Below, one piece after another: positions 63,621-64,000 of a stretch of DNA of 64,000 nucleotides. The position numbers and the translations under genes are program-made. Positions within the stretch are counted from its first letter, which is position 1. Every line of letters begins with the position of its first letter. Under the pieces are notes generated by a model. It did not search any database and was not told the origin of the DNA. It saw only the letters and a list, made by a program, of their open reading frames with translations. The DNA comes from Eledone cirrhosa (lineage: Eukaryota), in the NCBI GenBank assembly GCA_964016885.1, contig OZ024742.1, positions 230,640,001 to 230,704,000 on the forward strand. The letters run 5' to 3'.

Positions 63621-64000
63621 TACATACATACATGAGGACTACTGCGTCTTAACAGACGATTGCCGTCTCTTATTGATTCTTCGTTATCATCCCATCTGCG
63701 TCCCTGACTACGTAGATGACTTTGTAGGCCAGCTGTAGATCTGCATGGTTTACGACACAGGTGACAAAAGAATGCTGTGCTTTCCACAGGACCGGTGTTG
63801 TCACCCTGTGAGACACAATCTTTATGTACCACCATGTGTCTTCTTAGTCCGGAACTAGTTCTACACACTTCGTTGCATCACGCACGTAGTCTCGCCAGGC
63901 CTTTGTTGGGTGGTGTTGCAGGTGGTTATCCTTTCATGTGACTTCTGGTGATTAACATAACCAGCCTTTGAGAGGATATAAATTGTATGTCCAACCACTA
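63621..64000 (-). mobile_element. RTE-like LINE 3' end with C2H2 zinc fingers (runs off window)
   Basis: LSKAGYVNHQKSH...C../CNEVCRTSSGLRRHMVVH...CHLCRKPCRSTAGLQSHLRS, then a CATGTATGTATGT tail. Confidence 0.7.

Overview
This is an AT-rich, repeat-dominated eukaryotic window. Its SINE and LINE families look like those of octopod cephalopods, which is an inference from repeat motifs only. No host protein-coding gene can be firmly supported, only a few candidate micro-exons. Almost all long ORFs in the track are artefacts of kb-scale (TA)n-derived microsatellites. The main signal is a set of Penelope-like retroelements (PLEs) inserted in (TA)n arrays. It includes one 5'-truncated, frameshifted RT + GIY-YIG element (54068-58994, minus) with inverted pseudo-LTRs, two Neptune-like 3' fragments and several non-autonomous fold-back derivatives. 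Together these carry about 5-6 recognisable minimal type I hammerhead ribozyme motifs and several decayed ones. Also present are R4/Dong-like LINE ends in (TAA)n, CRE-, HERO-, RTE- and CR1/L2-like LINE remnants, tRNA-derived SINEs, two MITE families, a non-autonomous Helitron and a palindromic 17-bp minisatellite.
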